A stretch of DNA of 64,000 nt, taken from the NCBI GenBank assembly GCA_951406725.2, contig OX597831.1, forward strand, positions 78,802,001 to 78,866,000, read 5' to 3'. This stretch comes from Octopus vulgaris (lineage: Eukaryota). This document shows positions 1 through 14,590 of the stretch, in pieces (positions within the stretch are counted from its first letter, which is position 1; each line of letters opens with the position of its first letter). The notes beneath the pieces are model-generated. The model saw only the letters and a list, made by a program, of their open reading frames with translations. It was not told the origin of the DNA and did not search any database. A program made the translations under genes and the position numbers.

Positions 1-31
<31 letters not shown>

Positions 32-193
32 ATAGTAGTAGTAGTAATGGGTTGGTAGTAGTAGTATTAGTAGAGGTAGTGGTGGTGATGGTAGTAGTAG
101 CAGCAATAGCAAACAGTAGCAGCTGTAACAATAATACTACTACTAGTAGTAGTAATAGTAACAGTAGCAAAACAGCGGCAGCATATAATACTG

Positions 194-234
<41 letters not shown>

Positions 235-771
235 TGTTGTTGTTGTTGCTGCTGTAGTAGTAATAGCAAAAACAAACAAAAAAGTAATAAAATTGTAAAA
301 CCACAAATATAATTTAATCATCGTAAACAAAACCAAACAAAAAAAAAGACAGAAGAAAAAAGAAAAGCAAAAAAATATGGTGAAACGATTTATTAATTTG
401 AAATATTGGTCGTCCACCGATTGGCATCTGAAGAGTTTTTGGTCTCTCTTCGACGTTTTATGTTGGAATTGGCATCAAGTAGAGATAGTCGGAAATCAAG
501 TGGCAGAAAATGAGATTCGGTAAATGGAGAAGAATTTCTTTAAACGTTTGCACCTTAAAAAGCACACAAGTCTTTACACGCGCGCGCACACATATACATT
601 CACACACAGACCTCCCCCCATATATATATATATATATATATATACGAAAAGATACACACACATACACACACGCATACTCACAGACACTAACACACTCACA
701 AGGCCAGACGGAATTACTTTTTCCTCCACACATCTATCTATGTATCTATATCTCCCTTTATATAAGTGTGT

Positions 772-817
<46 letters not shown>

Positions 818-1426
818 TCTTTCTCTGTATATAAACAGAGAGAGAAAGAGAGGGAGGGATGTAGTGATGCAGATAAACACAATTAAGGTTGACTCAAATA
901 TACAAATTCATATGTATATATGTGCGATATATATATATATATATATGCGTGTGTGTGTATATATGTATATATGCGTATCTGTGTGTATATATATATATAT
1001 ATATATATACATGCATAGATACATACTTACATACATACATATATACATACATATATATACAATATGCATACATAAACCACAGAAATACAGAATACTAAGA
1101 GAATAGATAATTTCTTAACACGACAGCTGTACCAGGAAGGTCAGCCTTACGTAATAATCGTAATATTCATAATTTTCAGATGCGGTATGTAAGGCATCTT
1201 GGGTATGCAGCCAGTAAGCAGTCGCATAGGGATATTAAATGTCCAGTTTCCTTTCGTCAAAGGAAAGTTAGCAAAAGCATGTGATACAATAGTACCAGAT
1301 ATTTAAATATTAAAGGGGAACAAAAGGACAAGAAGAACAAGAGGCAGTGAGGGGGAGGTGATGTGAATTTTGTTTGTATTTCTCAACAGCAACAACAACA
1401 ATAATAATAATAATAATAGTAATAAT

Positions 1427-1496
<70 letters not shown>

Positions 1497-1538
1497 GTAG
1501 TAGTAATAATAATAATAATAACCACAACAACAACAATA

Positions 1539-1603
<65 letters not shown>

Positions 1604-1829
1604 CCTTTCTACTAAAGGCACAAGGCCTGCAATTTTGTGGGAGTGGGCTAGATGACTACATCGACCCTGTTTTTCAACCCCCAAAGATCCAAAGAAGACA
1701 GATTCGACCCCAGTGGAAGTTGAACTCAGAAGGTAAACACGGACAAAACACCACTAAGTATTTCGTCCGGTGTCCTAACGATTCTACCACCACACCGCCT
1801 TAACTAGTTTCACACTTTTTGCAAAAGGC

Positions 1830-2615
1830 AAAGGAGACGAAGAAGTAAAGGAAGAAGAAGAAGAAGAAGAAGAAGAAGAAGAAGAAGAAGAAGAAGAAGA
1901 AGAAGAAGAAGAAGAAGAAGAAGAAGAAGAAGAAGAAGAAGAAGAAGAAGAAGAAAGCGAAGTAAACGATGAAGAATAAAAAGCGGATGAAGCGGAAGTG
2001 AGGGGAGGAGAATAAGAGAAGAGGAAAAAGAAGTGGAAGAAGAAAAGGAAGGTGAAGGTAGAGGGAAGGAGGAGAATAAGGAGGAGGAGGAAAAGAAGAA
2101 AAAGACGGAGAAAACGATGAAGAAGAAAAAGAGGAGGAAGATGAAGTGAGGGAGAGGAGAAAAAGAGAAAAAGAAGAAGAGGAAGAAGGAAAGGAAGATG
2201 GAGGTAGAGGGGAGGAGGAGGGGAGAATATAGAGGAGGAGGAAGGGAGAATAAGGTGGAGGAGGCGGAGGAGGAGGAGGATGAGGCGGAGGAGGAGGATG
2301 AGGCGGAGGCGGAGGAGGAGGAGGAGGCGGAGGAGGAGGATGAGGAGGAGGCGGAGGAGGAGGATGAGGAGGAGGCGGAGGAGGAGGAGGAGGAGGCGGA
2401 GGCGGAAGAGAAGAGAAGAAGAAGATAAGACGAAAAAGAAGAGAAGAGGAAGAAAGAAGAAGAGAAGAAGAAGAAGAAGAAGAAGAAGAAGAAGAAAGAA
2501 GAAGAAGAAGAAGAAGAAGAAGGGGAGGAGGAGAAGAAGAAGAAGAAGAAGAAGAAGAAAAAGAAGAAGAAGAAGAAGAAGAAGAAGAAGAAGAAGAAGA
2601 AGAAGAAGAAGAGCA
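1830..2615. repeat. (GAA)n/(GGA)n polypurine tract (similar tracts at 15400-16560 and 31840-32210)
   Basis: Direct inspection. Confidence 0.95.
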
Positions 2616-2882
2616 ACAACAACAACTACAGCAGCAACTGTAGCAAGAACAACACAGACAACGATATTTACTTCACAACACGACCCGACCTTCGCATTGA
2701 TCTCCACTCCCTCTCTTGCAATTCTTATCTCAGCCATGTTGGATACTATTTCGCTCCCCGTAGCAAGCAACTCTCTTTCGTTGTATCAAAACGGTTGCCT
2801 AAAACAAAACAACAACAACAAAAAAAAGAATGAAAGAAGCCAATAAACAAAAAAGAGAAAAACAATACAAAAAAAACTAATG

Positions 2883-2941
<59 letters not shown>

Positions 2942-3408
2942 GAAAATGTCCTTATAATAAATATCTTTAGAGAAGTAACACAGAGAAACGGGAACACCCG
3001 TTCGTTACAGCAACAACAAAAACACCACAGAAACAGCAAGAAAATTCAATGAAATGAGGGAAAGAGATTAAAAGAGTCTTTCTTTCTTTGTGATGACGTA
3101 ATTGGGGGCAAATGGTTTTGTTTTTTTGTTTGTATTTTTCCTTCTTTTCTGCGCTTTAATGGCGTGCTTATTGCTCCGAGGCGCCTTGAAGTCAGTGTTG
3201 GTTTCGCTAAATGAGAGGCTATTTGCCCGTGGAATACCTCACAGAGCGAGATAGAAATCTGAGGAAGAATACGCTGGTTTGTTGATGAATTCATAAACAT
3301 TCAATCAATTATCTAAGCGTTGATAAGTACATATGTGTGGGTGAATGTACACACACATACACATATATTTGTTTACAGATGTTTGCATTACGTGTCCGTG
3401 TGTATAAA

Positions 3409-3447
<39 letters not shown>

Positions 3448-3463
3448 CTATATATCATGATGT

Positions 3464-3635
3464 ATATTTGCCACCTAAATGTGGCTGACACATATGGGAC
3501 TATGCTACTTTAGTCGCAAATACTAACCGGGCAGAGACAGTGTGTCGTTAACCAGCTGGAGGTGCTGTCTTACTGGGGTTATAAACAACAGTAGCATCGT
3601 CCCATACGGGGCAGTCACATTTAGGTGGCAAATAT
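3464..3635. mobile_element. MITE-like element with ~46-bp inverted repeats
   Basis: 3464-3509 is an imperfect reverse complement of 3590-3635. Confidence 0.75.
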
Positions 3636-4079
3636 TCTTCACGATGTCGTGCGCTGCTACTGTTTATATCTCACCCAGAGATTTCCTATTGCTTGTGTCT
3701 CCTTTTTCGAGATCAAGGAGGGTTTGTCACTGGAAAAAGCATATTGTATTTTGCGTTCGGGACAGCTTCTCATCCGTAGCCAGTGATTGAGAGAGATGGC
3801 TGGCATCGTGGGTCCAGCGGCTACAACTAAGAAAAAGGAGGATGGCGGGGAAGCTGAATTTATTCGGCCTCTCCCCAAAATCAAAATGTAAGTACTCGGG
3901 TGTGAAAGACCCTGCTTAAATACATCGTAAATTTGTACGGTGTAACCGTGGACTACCTGGCCACAATGTATTAAAAATTGTTTTTTCATTCAACTTGACA
4001 TTCATAGTAAATATATCATTCGAAATTGTTAACCGATAATCGCAAACGAAGTCATGATCTTTGTGTTCTGTAACGTCCT

Positions 4080-4586
4080 GATGCTGTACCAGGCAGTGGC
4101 TTTCATGGCTTGTGATCTTAACTGATTTGTCTTGGTATTAAAAATGGGCTACAGCAAATATTCAGCTCAATACCACAGATTTGCTTGTCAGTTGTTTGAC
4201 ATTAACCAGTTGTGAATGTCCCTTAGTGGCTGACAATACATGCATCTCTGATCACGAGCAGAAGTAGAGGGGGAGCATCATAGCCATGTGTTGAAAGGAA
4301 TTCTTTGGGGTTTGAATAATTCACCTCTGGAAACATGGGTGTTTCGTTCAACATCCTTAAATAACCTTTTGAGCAGGATGGGATACTCGACCTGAAGAAA
4401 ATTGTAACTGGGGCCTACCTGCAAGATCATGTGCTGTTTATCTTGATATGAAATCATGTCGCGCACATATGATTGTGATGCATGTACCTAGTGTACCCTT
4501 ATCAGACGGGTAGTCATGATGGGTATACTGGGCTTCGTATATTTTACCCCAGTGTCACTTTGATGGCATGCACTGCTCTCTCACTC
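4080..4586 (+). mobile_element. ~550-bp non-coding (AAT)n-tailed retro-repeat
   Basis: Homologous to 25697-26243 and 53099-53594; ends ...gcactgctctctcactc(AAT)n. Confidence 0.85.
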
Positions 4587-4621
<35 letters not shown>

Positions 4622-4635
4622 TGATGATGATGATG

Positions 4636-4677
<42 letters not shown>

Positions 4678-4694
4678 GCAATAATAGTAATAGA

Positions 4695-5060
4695 AGGGTT
4701 TTTGGGATCTCTTCATATAGACTGACATACTATTGAAGTAAAGAGACCAGATATGATTGTAGGGAATAGAAATGGCGTAAGATCATAGACATTGCAATAA
4801 TATATATTAATAGATCGGACACCGAAGAAATGGAAAAATCAACTGAAGAATATCAGGACCTAACCAAAGAGATGACGTGATTATGGTAGACACAGAAGAC
4901 AATTTTTCCTGTGGTAGCCTGTGCACTTAGCACCACACCGAAACTGCTACCTAGAAGAGAGTGAAAGATATTGGGATTGAAAATCGTATCGTCAACTTAT
5001 ACAAAATTGTAACCTGATGTGAAACAAGGATCTTAAGATTGATTCTTCAAATATGAGAAG
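4695..5060 (+). pseudogene. Decayed restriction-like endonuclease domain of an R4/Dong-type LINE
   Basis: Frameshifted translation FWD..TD..IEVKRPDMIV..KIIDIAI..EMEK..YQDL..LW..IFPVVACALSTTPK with stop codons; follows an (AAT)n run. Confidence 0.75.
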
Positions 5061-5085
5061 ACTTGTTTTATTCCATGATAATATA

Positions 5086-5325
5086 CAGAGCTTGGACAAA
5101 ATAAAGGAAAGAATTTCTTGTGAAATGGCGTTGGCATCAATCACAGCTTTAATACTTCAAGCAACTCGTTAATTTTTTAAATGGTTATTAGGGGTATTTG
5201 GGGCCATCCTTCGAGTAAGACTTGCTTTTACTCTTTCAGCGACAATAGTGGAGGAACGTGGATTCTCACTCACTGCTCCAAAATATATCCTAAATATTCG
5301 ATGGTACTGAGATCTGGTGTTTGCG
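5086..5325 (-). pseudogene. Tc1-like transposase C-terminal relic with TIR remnant
   Basis: Minus strand gives TPDLSTIEYLGYILEQ*VR (cf. SPDLNPIE.LW) and SIKAVIDAN (cf. RI.AVI.A.G); TA-cagagcttggacaaaata TIR-like end at 5086. Confidence 0.65.
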
Positions 5326-6894
5326 AGATCCAATCAAAACAGTCTGCTTCACTTTAGTGCATTTCGTACCAATTTTAAATGACAATAGCCGTATGAATCG
5401 GTGCATTATTGTTTTGCCATATTACGCTAACATCCGAGAGCAATGTTTCTACCATAATATGGTTATGATATACCTAGATTCTCAGATAATCTATGATATT
5501 AACTCGGGTTTGCATAACAGATAAAGGGTAGAGAAAATTCCGTTATATGTCTACAGAGATCATCACAGAGTAACATCTGTTTCACAGTGGAGACCAAACA
5601 AAATTGGTGGTTTCTTTGTGCCGTCTCTTGATTCAAATTCACTCCAAGATAGGAACAAGAGTCAATGATGATTAATTAGAGATGATGACATTATTCCATG
5701 AAGCCGTTAATAATTTCTAGTAGTCTACACAACATTTCTTCCGCTTATCATTGTTCATCGGCAAAGAGAGGGATATCCAGATTGCATCCTTTTCTTGGTA
5801 TACAGCTTTATGAATCTCACGTGACAAGTTAAAGGCCGACAAAGAGCTGTCAAGGTGGTGGTTTAGACCTGCTAACATTTTTGCTTTGTGGCTAAATGGC
5901 TTTTAGCAACGATAAGTTTCACTATTTTGCAGTAACACTTTATGAGTTTTGATTGCCAGAGCGGTTCTTATCTTGGCATTGGAATGACAACATTATTTTA
6001 AAGTCTATCTCTCGAAATATTAACAATCCTGGAGTTTTAGAACTAAAGCGCCAGAAATCCGTACTTCTACAAATTGTCCGTCTTGGAAATTATATGTTTC
6101 ACGCATTTTAAATCATTTAAACATTAATATCAGCAAACAGAATGAATGCTAAAAAGCAACAGAGGCCCATAGCTTTAAGTACCAAGGCTACTTCAAGCAC
6201 GTCTGCTCATATGTACAGACTAGAATTGTTTTCAATTCATTATACTAACTTTTGAATACATAGTTAATTAATAAGTCATGTTAATATTAATTTGTTCAAC
6301 TCCAGTATGTATGCGTTGGTTTTTTGTTTTGTGTGTGTGTGTGTGAAAAAGTCTAAAGAAAACACAGAACACATATATAGAGTAATCCATTTATGACCAA
6401 TGTCCAGTCAAATTAAAAGGTCCATTCATATTGCCTACACTGCATTTCGGCTGATTGCTCTTATTCAGTATTTTCACTTTTAAATTACATTATGAAGTTA
6501 AGAAATCAAAAAGCCTCCTCATGGCATAATTGACTGATGATTTTTAGATCCTAACGGATCTCAATTTGATTGGACAATGGTAAAAAATTGAACCGTTTTC
6601 CTTAAATCTTCAAACTTTTTCCCGTATATTGAAAATGATGGAAATATCCATAGCGACTCCTGGAATTATAGAATTATAGGTACTAATATCGAAGAAGAAT
6701 CAACGATAGACACTAGCACACAGACACTAGCACACAGACACACGAAAAACTTTCAGTATCATTAATCGATATTAGTGCAAAACTTGTACACGCTGGATAA
6801 TATATCACTAGGAAAGAACAGCTTTCTATACAGACTTATATATACATACATACACACACACACATATATATATATGTATGTCTGTGTGTATGTA

Positions 6895-6948
<54 letters not shown>

Positions 6949-6969
6949 GTAACAGAAAAGAGGAATTTC

Positions 6970-7005
<36 letters not shown>

Positions 7006-7040
7006 GTGCATATATACATACATATATACATTCATATATA

Positions 7041-7096
<56 letters not shown>

Positions 7097-7281
7097 CATA
7101 CATATATATATAACGTGCTTCTTTCAATTTCCGTCTACCAAATCGATTCACACGGTCTTGGTCGGCCCGAAGCTATAGTAGAAGACACTTGCCCAAGGTG
7201 CAAGGTGCCACGCAGTGGGACTGAACCCGAAACAATGTGATTGGTAAGCAAGCTACTTACCACACCCCCACTCCCGCGCCG

Positions 7282-7334
<53 letters not shown>

Positions 7335-7829
7335 TATATATATGTATGTATGTAGAAAATTATTCTGGTAATAAATGTACAAAACACAACACCATGTCTT
7401 TCTCTAGTCATTGCATAACCTTCACCACATGTCTGCAAAATGAATATATATTTTACAGTTTTGGAGGATAAAGAGGAGACAGGGGAACTCTGAGATTGGC
7501 AAAGAAAGAGAAAGGAAATAAAAAAAACCACAAGAAAGCACAAGATGATGCTTGAAAGACGCCTTGAATCTACGTCATTCAATGACTCTCTTGCTTATCT
7601 CTTCTCACCTTATCTAGCTGGAAACTGGGCCACTGGAGTTGCATTTTTGTTTATTTGTTTAGAATATTAAGTTTATTTGTTTAGATTAAATGTTTGCGCT
7701 ATGATGAAAGTGACGCATGGTTTTCGCGTATATATATACATACATACGTACATACATTCATACAAACAACCAACATACATATATATCTATATTATATTCA
7801 CACTATGTATATGTATATATATATACATA

Positions 7830-7872
<43 letters not shown>

Positions 7873-7894
7873 TTGTGCGTGTATATGTGTCTGC

Positions 7895-7944
<50 letters not shown>

Positions 7945-7959
7945 TTTATATATATATAT

Positions 7960-8635
7960 ACTAGCAGCATAGCCCGGCGTTGCCCGGGTATGTAAGAGCC
8001 CCTAGTAGGCAACGACTAATCCCAATCTAGTCCTTTCCCTCTGGGGAACGAAGGCGCATGTGTAGGTTGCAATGTCTTCTCTTCACTCCCAAATAACTAT
8101 CAAACAGCTATCGATAATTCAACCCAACCAATTCCTACCAGGAAGAAATTACATTCGAGACTTTACCCCCAACACCGCCACTTCTGCTAATAGCTGCTGC
8201 AGCCGCAAGTTATTCGAATACTTTTTTGTTTACACTTTCTTTATAACTACCACCTCAAACGTTTTACCTTAAATTTTTTACGTACCCTAAGGGTCCTCGG
8301 ACGCTACTTGCAAACTCTTGGTTTATTATAAACCGCTTTTGTCGTGTGCACCAAAAACCTTTTCCATTCGTTTGTTCATTTGGTCACTTTTGACTTTTTC
8401 GTTGTTGTCACTCACATTGCTGCCCGTTTTTTTGCCGTTTTTGTACAATTTATATACATTTTTCAGAACTGGGGTACCCTTTAACAGGTAATTTTTACAT
8501 GCGTCAGTTTTGAATCGCAGACATTGGCCAAAATATGTGTGTTTCAGTTTCATCAGAATCGGTTGAAAGCCGTGGTCAGGGTGAGGGTACAACCTGACAG
8601 ACACACAGACACACAGACAAACTGCCGTTTATATA
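7960..8635. mobile_element. Non-autonomous Helentron/HINE (DINE-1-like) element
   Basis: Begins actagc...cccggcgttgcccggg hairpin; ends with (acagacac) repeats and aaactgccgtttatata; inserted in (TA)n. Confidence 0.55.
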
Positions 8636-8649
8636 TATATATATATATA

Positions 8650-8879
8650 ATATTGCTTGCCATCTTTTAATAGATAATTTATCAAGACCATATTATCTAC
8701 CAGGCGAATTCTCGTCAGTAACCGGCCAAACAACTAACTTATAATTCAGAGACAAGATAACACGTGTCCCATCATTATATGCTATAATCTTTCAAATACC
8801 GCGCGCAGGCGCATTTACAGTCAGCAATAGATACAATGCCGAGCTGAAACTTCGAGAATGCTAAGAACATATTCATAAG

Positions 8880-8880
<1 letters not shown>
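8650..8880 (-). mobile_element. Diverged relative of the 38.3-kb element, decayed hammerhead (~8667-8720)
   Basis: Minus strand has CTGACGA...tcttGATA; shares caactaac and ttcaaa..gcgcaggcg in the same order as 38730-38770; (TA)n flanks. Confidence 0.4.
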
Positions 8881-8915
<35 letters not shown>

Positions 8916-8919
8916 ACTA

Positions 8920-9351
8920 TTTATTCTGTTATTTGTTTCAGTCACTCAAATGCGGCCATGCTGGAATACCGCCTTTAGTCGAGCAAATCGACACCAGGAC
9001 GTATTCCTTGTAAGCCTAGTACTTGTTCTATTTCTCTCTTTTGTCAAACAGTTACGGGTACGTAAGCACACCAGCATCGGTTATCATGCGATGTTCGGGG
9101 AACAAATACCCACACGCAAACGTATACATACTTACATACTTACATACATATATACATACATACATATATACATATATATGTATATATATACGACGGGCCT
9201 ATTTCAGTTTCCGTATACCAAATCCACTCACAAGGCTTTTGTCGGCCCGAGGCTATAGTAGAAGACACATGCCCAAGGTGCCATGCAGCGGGACTGAACA
9301 TGGAACCATGAGGTTTGGAAGCAATCTACTTACCACACAGCCACTCCGATG

Positions 9352-9353
<2 letters not shown>
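8920..9353 (-). mobile_element. tRNA-derived SINE family C with internal microsatellite (other copies or parts at 7113-7281, 27197-27400, 32490-32840, 46588-46745, 50911-51125, 53686-54068, 56107-56430)
   Basis: Head ggagtggctgtgtggtaag...gttcagtccc, body ending gcccgtcgtata, tail ...ccagcatggccgc...tgactgaaacaa. Confidence 0.85.
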
Positions 9354-9432
<79 letters not shown>

Positions 9433-9495
9433 ATTTATTTACTTATCCACATATAAATACATATACATATAGTGGTAGATAGAGAATAGAAAGAC

Positions 9496-9527
<32 letters not shown>

Positions 9528-9954
9528 GGACAGATAGATACATACATACATCCATATATACAGGCATGCATGGATACGTACATACATACATATATACATG
9601 CATTCACACGCATACGCTCACACACACATACACGCACACGTATATATATAAATACTGTGTGTAGATAGGATTACCATCCAAGCTGTGTCCCCTTGAAACC
9701 CATCTGCTTGTTCCAGGACGTCGAAGTTGTGTGTAGATCTTATAATTATGTGAGACATGCATAAGCGTTGAAAAGTACTGGAAATAGTATTTTATCAGAA
9801 TAATTATATATCGAGACATGGGATTGGATTGTTGTATTATTTATTCCCCATTACACGTGTTTCGTATGCTAATAGGAGTTACAAAATTGTACATGCGGGG
9901 AAAAACAGAGACTGAATCAAACAATACATAATTCACACTTGGATGAAGCTTCTG

Positions 9955-9993
<39 letters not shown>

Positions 9994-10067
9994 GCGCAAT
10001 CACACATATATGATTATCTGAAACGTGGTTGTACTGTGAATCATAGGTTGAGACATTGAAAAGCTAA

Positions 10068-10485
10068 AAGGCGGCGAGCTTGCAGTATCGTTAGCACGTC
10101 GGGCGAAAAGCTTAGCAGTATTTTGTCTGTCGCTACGCTCTGAGTTCAAATTCCGCCGAGGTCGACTTTACCTTTCATCCTTTCGGGGTCGATTAAATAA
10201 GTACCAGTTACGGACTGGGGTCGATATAATCGACTTAATCCGTTTGTCTGTCCTTGATTGTCCTCTCTGTGTTTAGCCCCTTGTGGGTAGCAAAGAAATA
10301 GGCATTTCGTTTGCCGTTAAGTTCTGAGTTCAAATTCCGCCGAAGTCGACTTTGGTTTTCATCCTTTCGGGGTCGATGAACCAAGTGCCAGTTATGCACT
10401 GGAGTCGATGTAATCGACTTAATCCCTTAGTTTGTCCTTGTTTGTCCCCTTTCTGTTTAGCACCTTGTGGGCAATAAAGAAATAA
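10068..10485 (+). mobile_element. tRNA-derived SINE family A (Meta-like central domain), internally duplicated
   Basis: ggcggcgagct..tgagttcaaattcc (B box)..gtcgacttt.cctttcatcctttcggggtcgat; the body is repeated at ~10300-10485. Confidence 0.85.
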
Positions 10486-10571
10486 GAAGCCATTAGCAGA
10501 AAGTGCGAAGAAATAGAATCAGAAATCCATTCACATTCACCATAATGAAGCGTGATCAAACGCAATTCCGC

Positions 10572-10691
10572 TTGCCTGTAGTTTCCCATCCATCGTCCAA
10601 TCCGGACATGGCCATCTCCGATATTCACTTGTTAGGTCACATGAGGGGCAGTCTTCGGAATCAAAGATTTTATTCCACAAACACCTTGAAA
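10572..10691 (+). pseudogene. mariner transposase relic
   Basis: LPVVSHPSSNPDMAISDIHLLGHMRGSLRNQRFYSTNTLK resembles HPPYSPDLAPSD.HLF..LK..L...RF. Confidence 0.65.
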
Positions 10692-11683
10692 TTAACTGAG
10701 CTGTATTCAATTGAATTTTCTTAAAGATTCAATTCTTTAAGGTGCAAATGCATTACTACGGATTACTACGGCACTCTGTCGGTTACGAAGACAAGGGTTC
10801 CATTTGACCCAATCAACGGAACAGCCTGTTCCTGAAATTAACGTGCAAGTGGCTGAGCACTCCACAGACACGTGTACTCTTAACGTAGTTCTTGGGGAGA
10901 TTCCGCGTGACACAGAGTGAGACAAAGCTGGCCCATTGAAATACAGGTACAACAGAAACAGGAAGAAAGAGTGAGAGAAAGTTGTGGTGAAAGAGTACAG
11001 CAGGGTTTGCCACGACCCCCTGACAGAACCTCGTGGAGCTTTAGGTACTTTCGCTCAATAAACTCTCAAAACGCCCGGTCTGGGAATCGAAACCTTGATC
11101 CTATGACCGCAAGTCCGCTGCCCTAACCACTGCGCCATTGAAAGGAGATTACATTGAGTAGTTCTTTTGTAGAAACAATGATTGTTCCGTCCCCATTTGC
11201 AGTTTAAACGATTTCTATCAGTTAATAACAAAACAAAACTTGTTTTGCATTACTTTTACCAGGACATTCGTATACATAAGCATCACGTCACATCCGTTAT
11301 TTTCAGGGAGAAAACCCACAATGGATAATAGGGTCCGAGAATCAGAACAGAGGGGTGGTCACAAATAGAAAGTTATTAATCATAGGTATGCTACATTACG
11401 GCTGACCTTTGGCTAAGTACCAAAAACAACAAAAAAATATTGAAATATATATACAAGGCATTCAGCTGTCTGAATACATGAAATAAATTTTAAATTGTTC
11501 GTATTATATATATATACCCACATACGCAAGCACACACATACCCACACGTACGCACGCACACGCAAACAGATACACACAAACACGCATACACACACTCACA
11601 CATATATATGTACATATATATATGTACGTATGTATGTATACATGCATTATATAAACATACAAACGTATACATATATATGTGTA

Positions 11684-11732
<49 letters not shown>

Positions 11733-12695
11733 GTACATATATATAGATAGATATATTGTACATATGCATACATATATGTTTCTGTGTGTATAGATACAGA
11801 TATATATATACATATATGTATGTGTGTGTATATGTATATGTATATATACATACATACATACATACATGTATGTGCATGATTGCCTATATGTGTGTGTGCG
11901 TGTGTGTATGTATTTCTGAATATTCCCGACATTCCTAGAAAAACCTTGTAAAGGGTGGGAAGTCCCACTGCTACCTGATATTATTCTATGAACTTCAATC
12001 AGATAAAATTTGCAATATTTGGCAATTTTTATCAAGACGAAAAAACAAAATTACTGAAGTATCAATTCAAAATCTTTGATGATCTAACAACAAAAAAAAA
12101 GCTTATATCCACAACCAATCCAGACCTTCTCAGGCCGGTCTCGTGTATGTTTAATATAAGGCCAATTCTTATCACGCAGGCGTGCGATCATTCACTTTCC
12201 AACCGTGAATATCTCGTTTTCTTTCTTTTTTTTTCAGTATATCAGGAATTATGTTATAAAATAAACTCTCAATTTTAAGATGATATAATATGATTTGGTG
12301 AATGTTGCTACTATTTCTTGCATGATAAGAAACAAAACCTAGTGTTTTTCTTGTACTTGTCGGGATTGTTATTCCATCATCACTGTAAAGCCCTCAATTT
12401 GTTTTAGCAAAATAATCTACTTCTAGTGTCTGGAAAATACATTAAAAAGAACAACAAGGACCGAGACATTCATTTATTTCTATTGTAGTGACACATAGTC
12501 ATATTGATTTATTGCGCAAGGACTAGGTCTGAAATATGTAGACGGGATAGAATTGTTAACTCATTCTGGCTTTCAGCTGGTATCTATTTCAACAAACATC
12601 GACCTTGAGATGTGTTTACATTTTCAGTAGATTTTATTATTTTTCACAACAGGCTATTAAGTATTTATACAATTTATTTTACTTTTACGTATAAA

Positions 12696-12742
<47 letters not shown>

Positions 12743-12926
12743 CACACACACACACACACACTAACACTTACACACATTCAAGTACATAGACATTAAAAGA
12801 TACAAATACATTTAGAACCCCCCCTCTAACTTTTTTCACTTTCTCGAGTATATGTGAGCACGCATATATAAGTGTACGTGTGTGTCTGTGTGTGTGCTTG
12901 TGTGTGTTTCTGCGTGCGTATGAAAG

Positions 12927-12989
<63 letters not shown>

Positions 12990-13083
12990 CTGTGTGTTTA
13001 AAAATATAGAGAGAGATAGATAGATATAATGCATATATAAAACATGCAAATGCATATATATATGTGTGTGTGTGTGTTTCTGA

Positions 13084-13114
<31 letters not shown>

Positions 13115-13689
13115 GATGTATATTTGTAAATGTGCATATATGTGCATATACACTTTTATGCATATATAGATAGATACATGCATAGCCGTTTACATAAATG
13201 TTTACATACACACAAACACACACATATATATATATATTTATATATAGAGAGAGAGGGGGGGGAAGAGATAGAAATGTACACATATATGTATATGTAAATA
13301 TATATTCTTAAATGTAAGTATGTTAGTAAATATACCCAACATTATTAGAACTTTAGTAATTACTTTAATTGAATTGAATAGTTTTTTTTTAACAATTTCC
13401 TGTGTTTCGTAATAAAACCAAACAGTAATTCTGTCGGACAATTAATTGCTAGTGGTTTACACTTAGGTAATTCAGGTGACACCAAGAATATTTCGAACGG
13501 AGGTTGGAGAGGAGAACTTGCGGGAAACTACAATCGACCGGAAGCCAATAGTTTCAATTTCTAGTATTTCATGCATGAACCTGTGTGGGTAGACACGCAC
13601 GCACAAACGCATACACAAACACACAAACAAAACAAATAAACACGCGCATAGATACACATATACATATATATATATATATATATATACTA

Positions 13690-14178
<489 letters not shown>

Positions 14179-14195
14179 TATATATATATATATAC

Positions 14196-14539
14196 TATTT
14201 ATTAGGGAATAAAAATTCCGGAGTCACAGGGATTCAAGAAAAATGAATTATTCTCGGTAAGGAAATATATGTTATTTGGAGATAGAAGTCGCCATGCAAT
14301 TAATCAAATCCTAATATACATCACACCAGTTATCAAGTTATCAAGAGTCCTGACGATTGGCGTTGCGTTTTAAGAAATGTTCCTGTAAAAGACTGCGTGT
14401 ATAAAGAACGTTAAACGCACCTCATGAAACACGCGTAGCAGAGAAATTTAGAAAAGATTAGTAAGTATTAAAATAAAATTCTATGATATGGTGTGATGTG
14501 TATTAGGATTTCAGGAATTGCATGGGGACTTCTATCACT

Positions 14540-14547
<8 letters not shown>
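14196..14547. mobile_element. Fold-back element with decayed hammerhead in its loop
   Basis: Inverted arms at 14270-14328 and 14489-14547; the loop has CTGACGA (14350)...tgcgttt/aaacgca...GAAA-CACGCG-TA (to 14437), with poor stem I. Confidence 0.65.

Positions 14548-14590
<43 letters not shown>

Noticed and set aside
425-470. CTGAAGA motif (also the CTGANGA hits near 6534, 25871 and 60837)
   Set aside because: No downstream GAAA with pairing stems, so not hammerheads
1784-2846. Long ORFs (328, 271 and 188 aa) over the GAA/GGA tract
   Set aside because: Homopolymeric translations of trinucleotide repeats with no domain content
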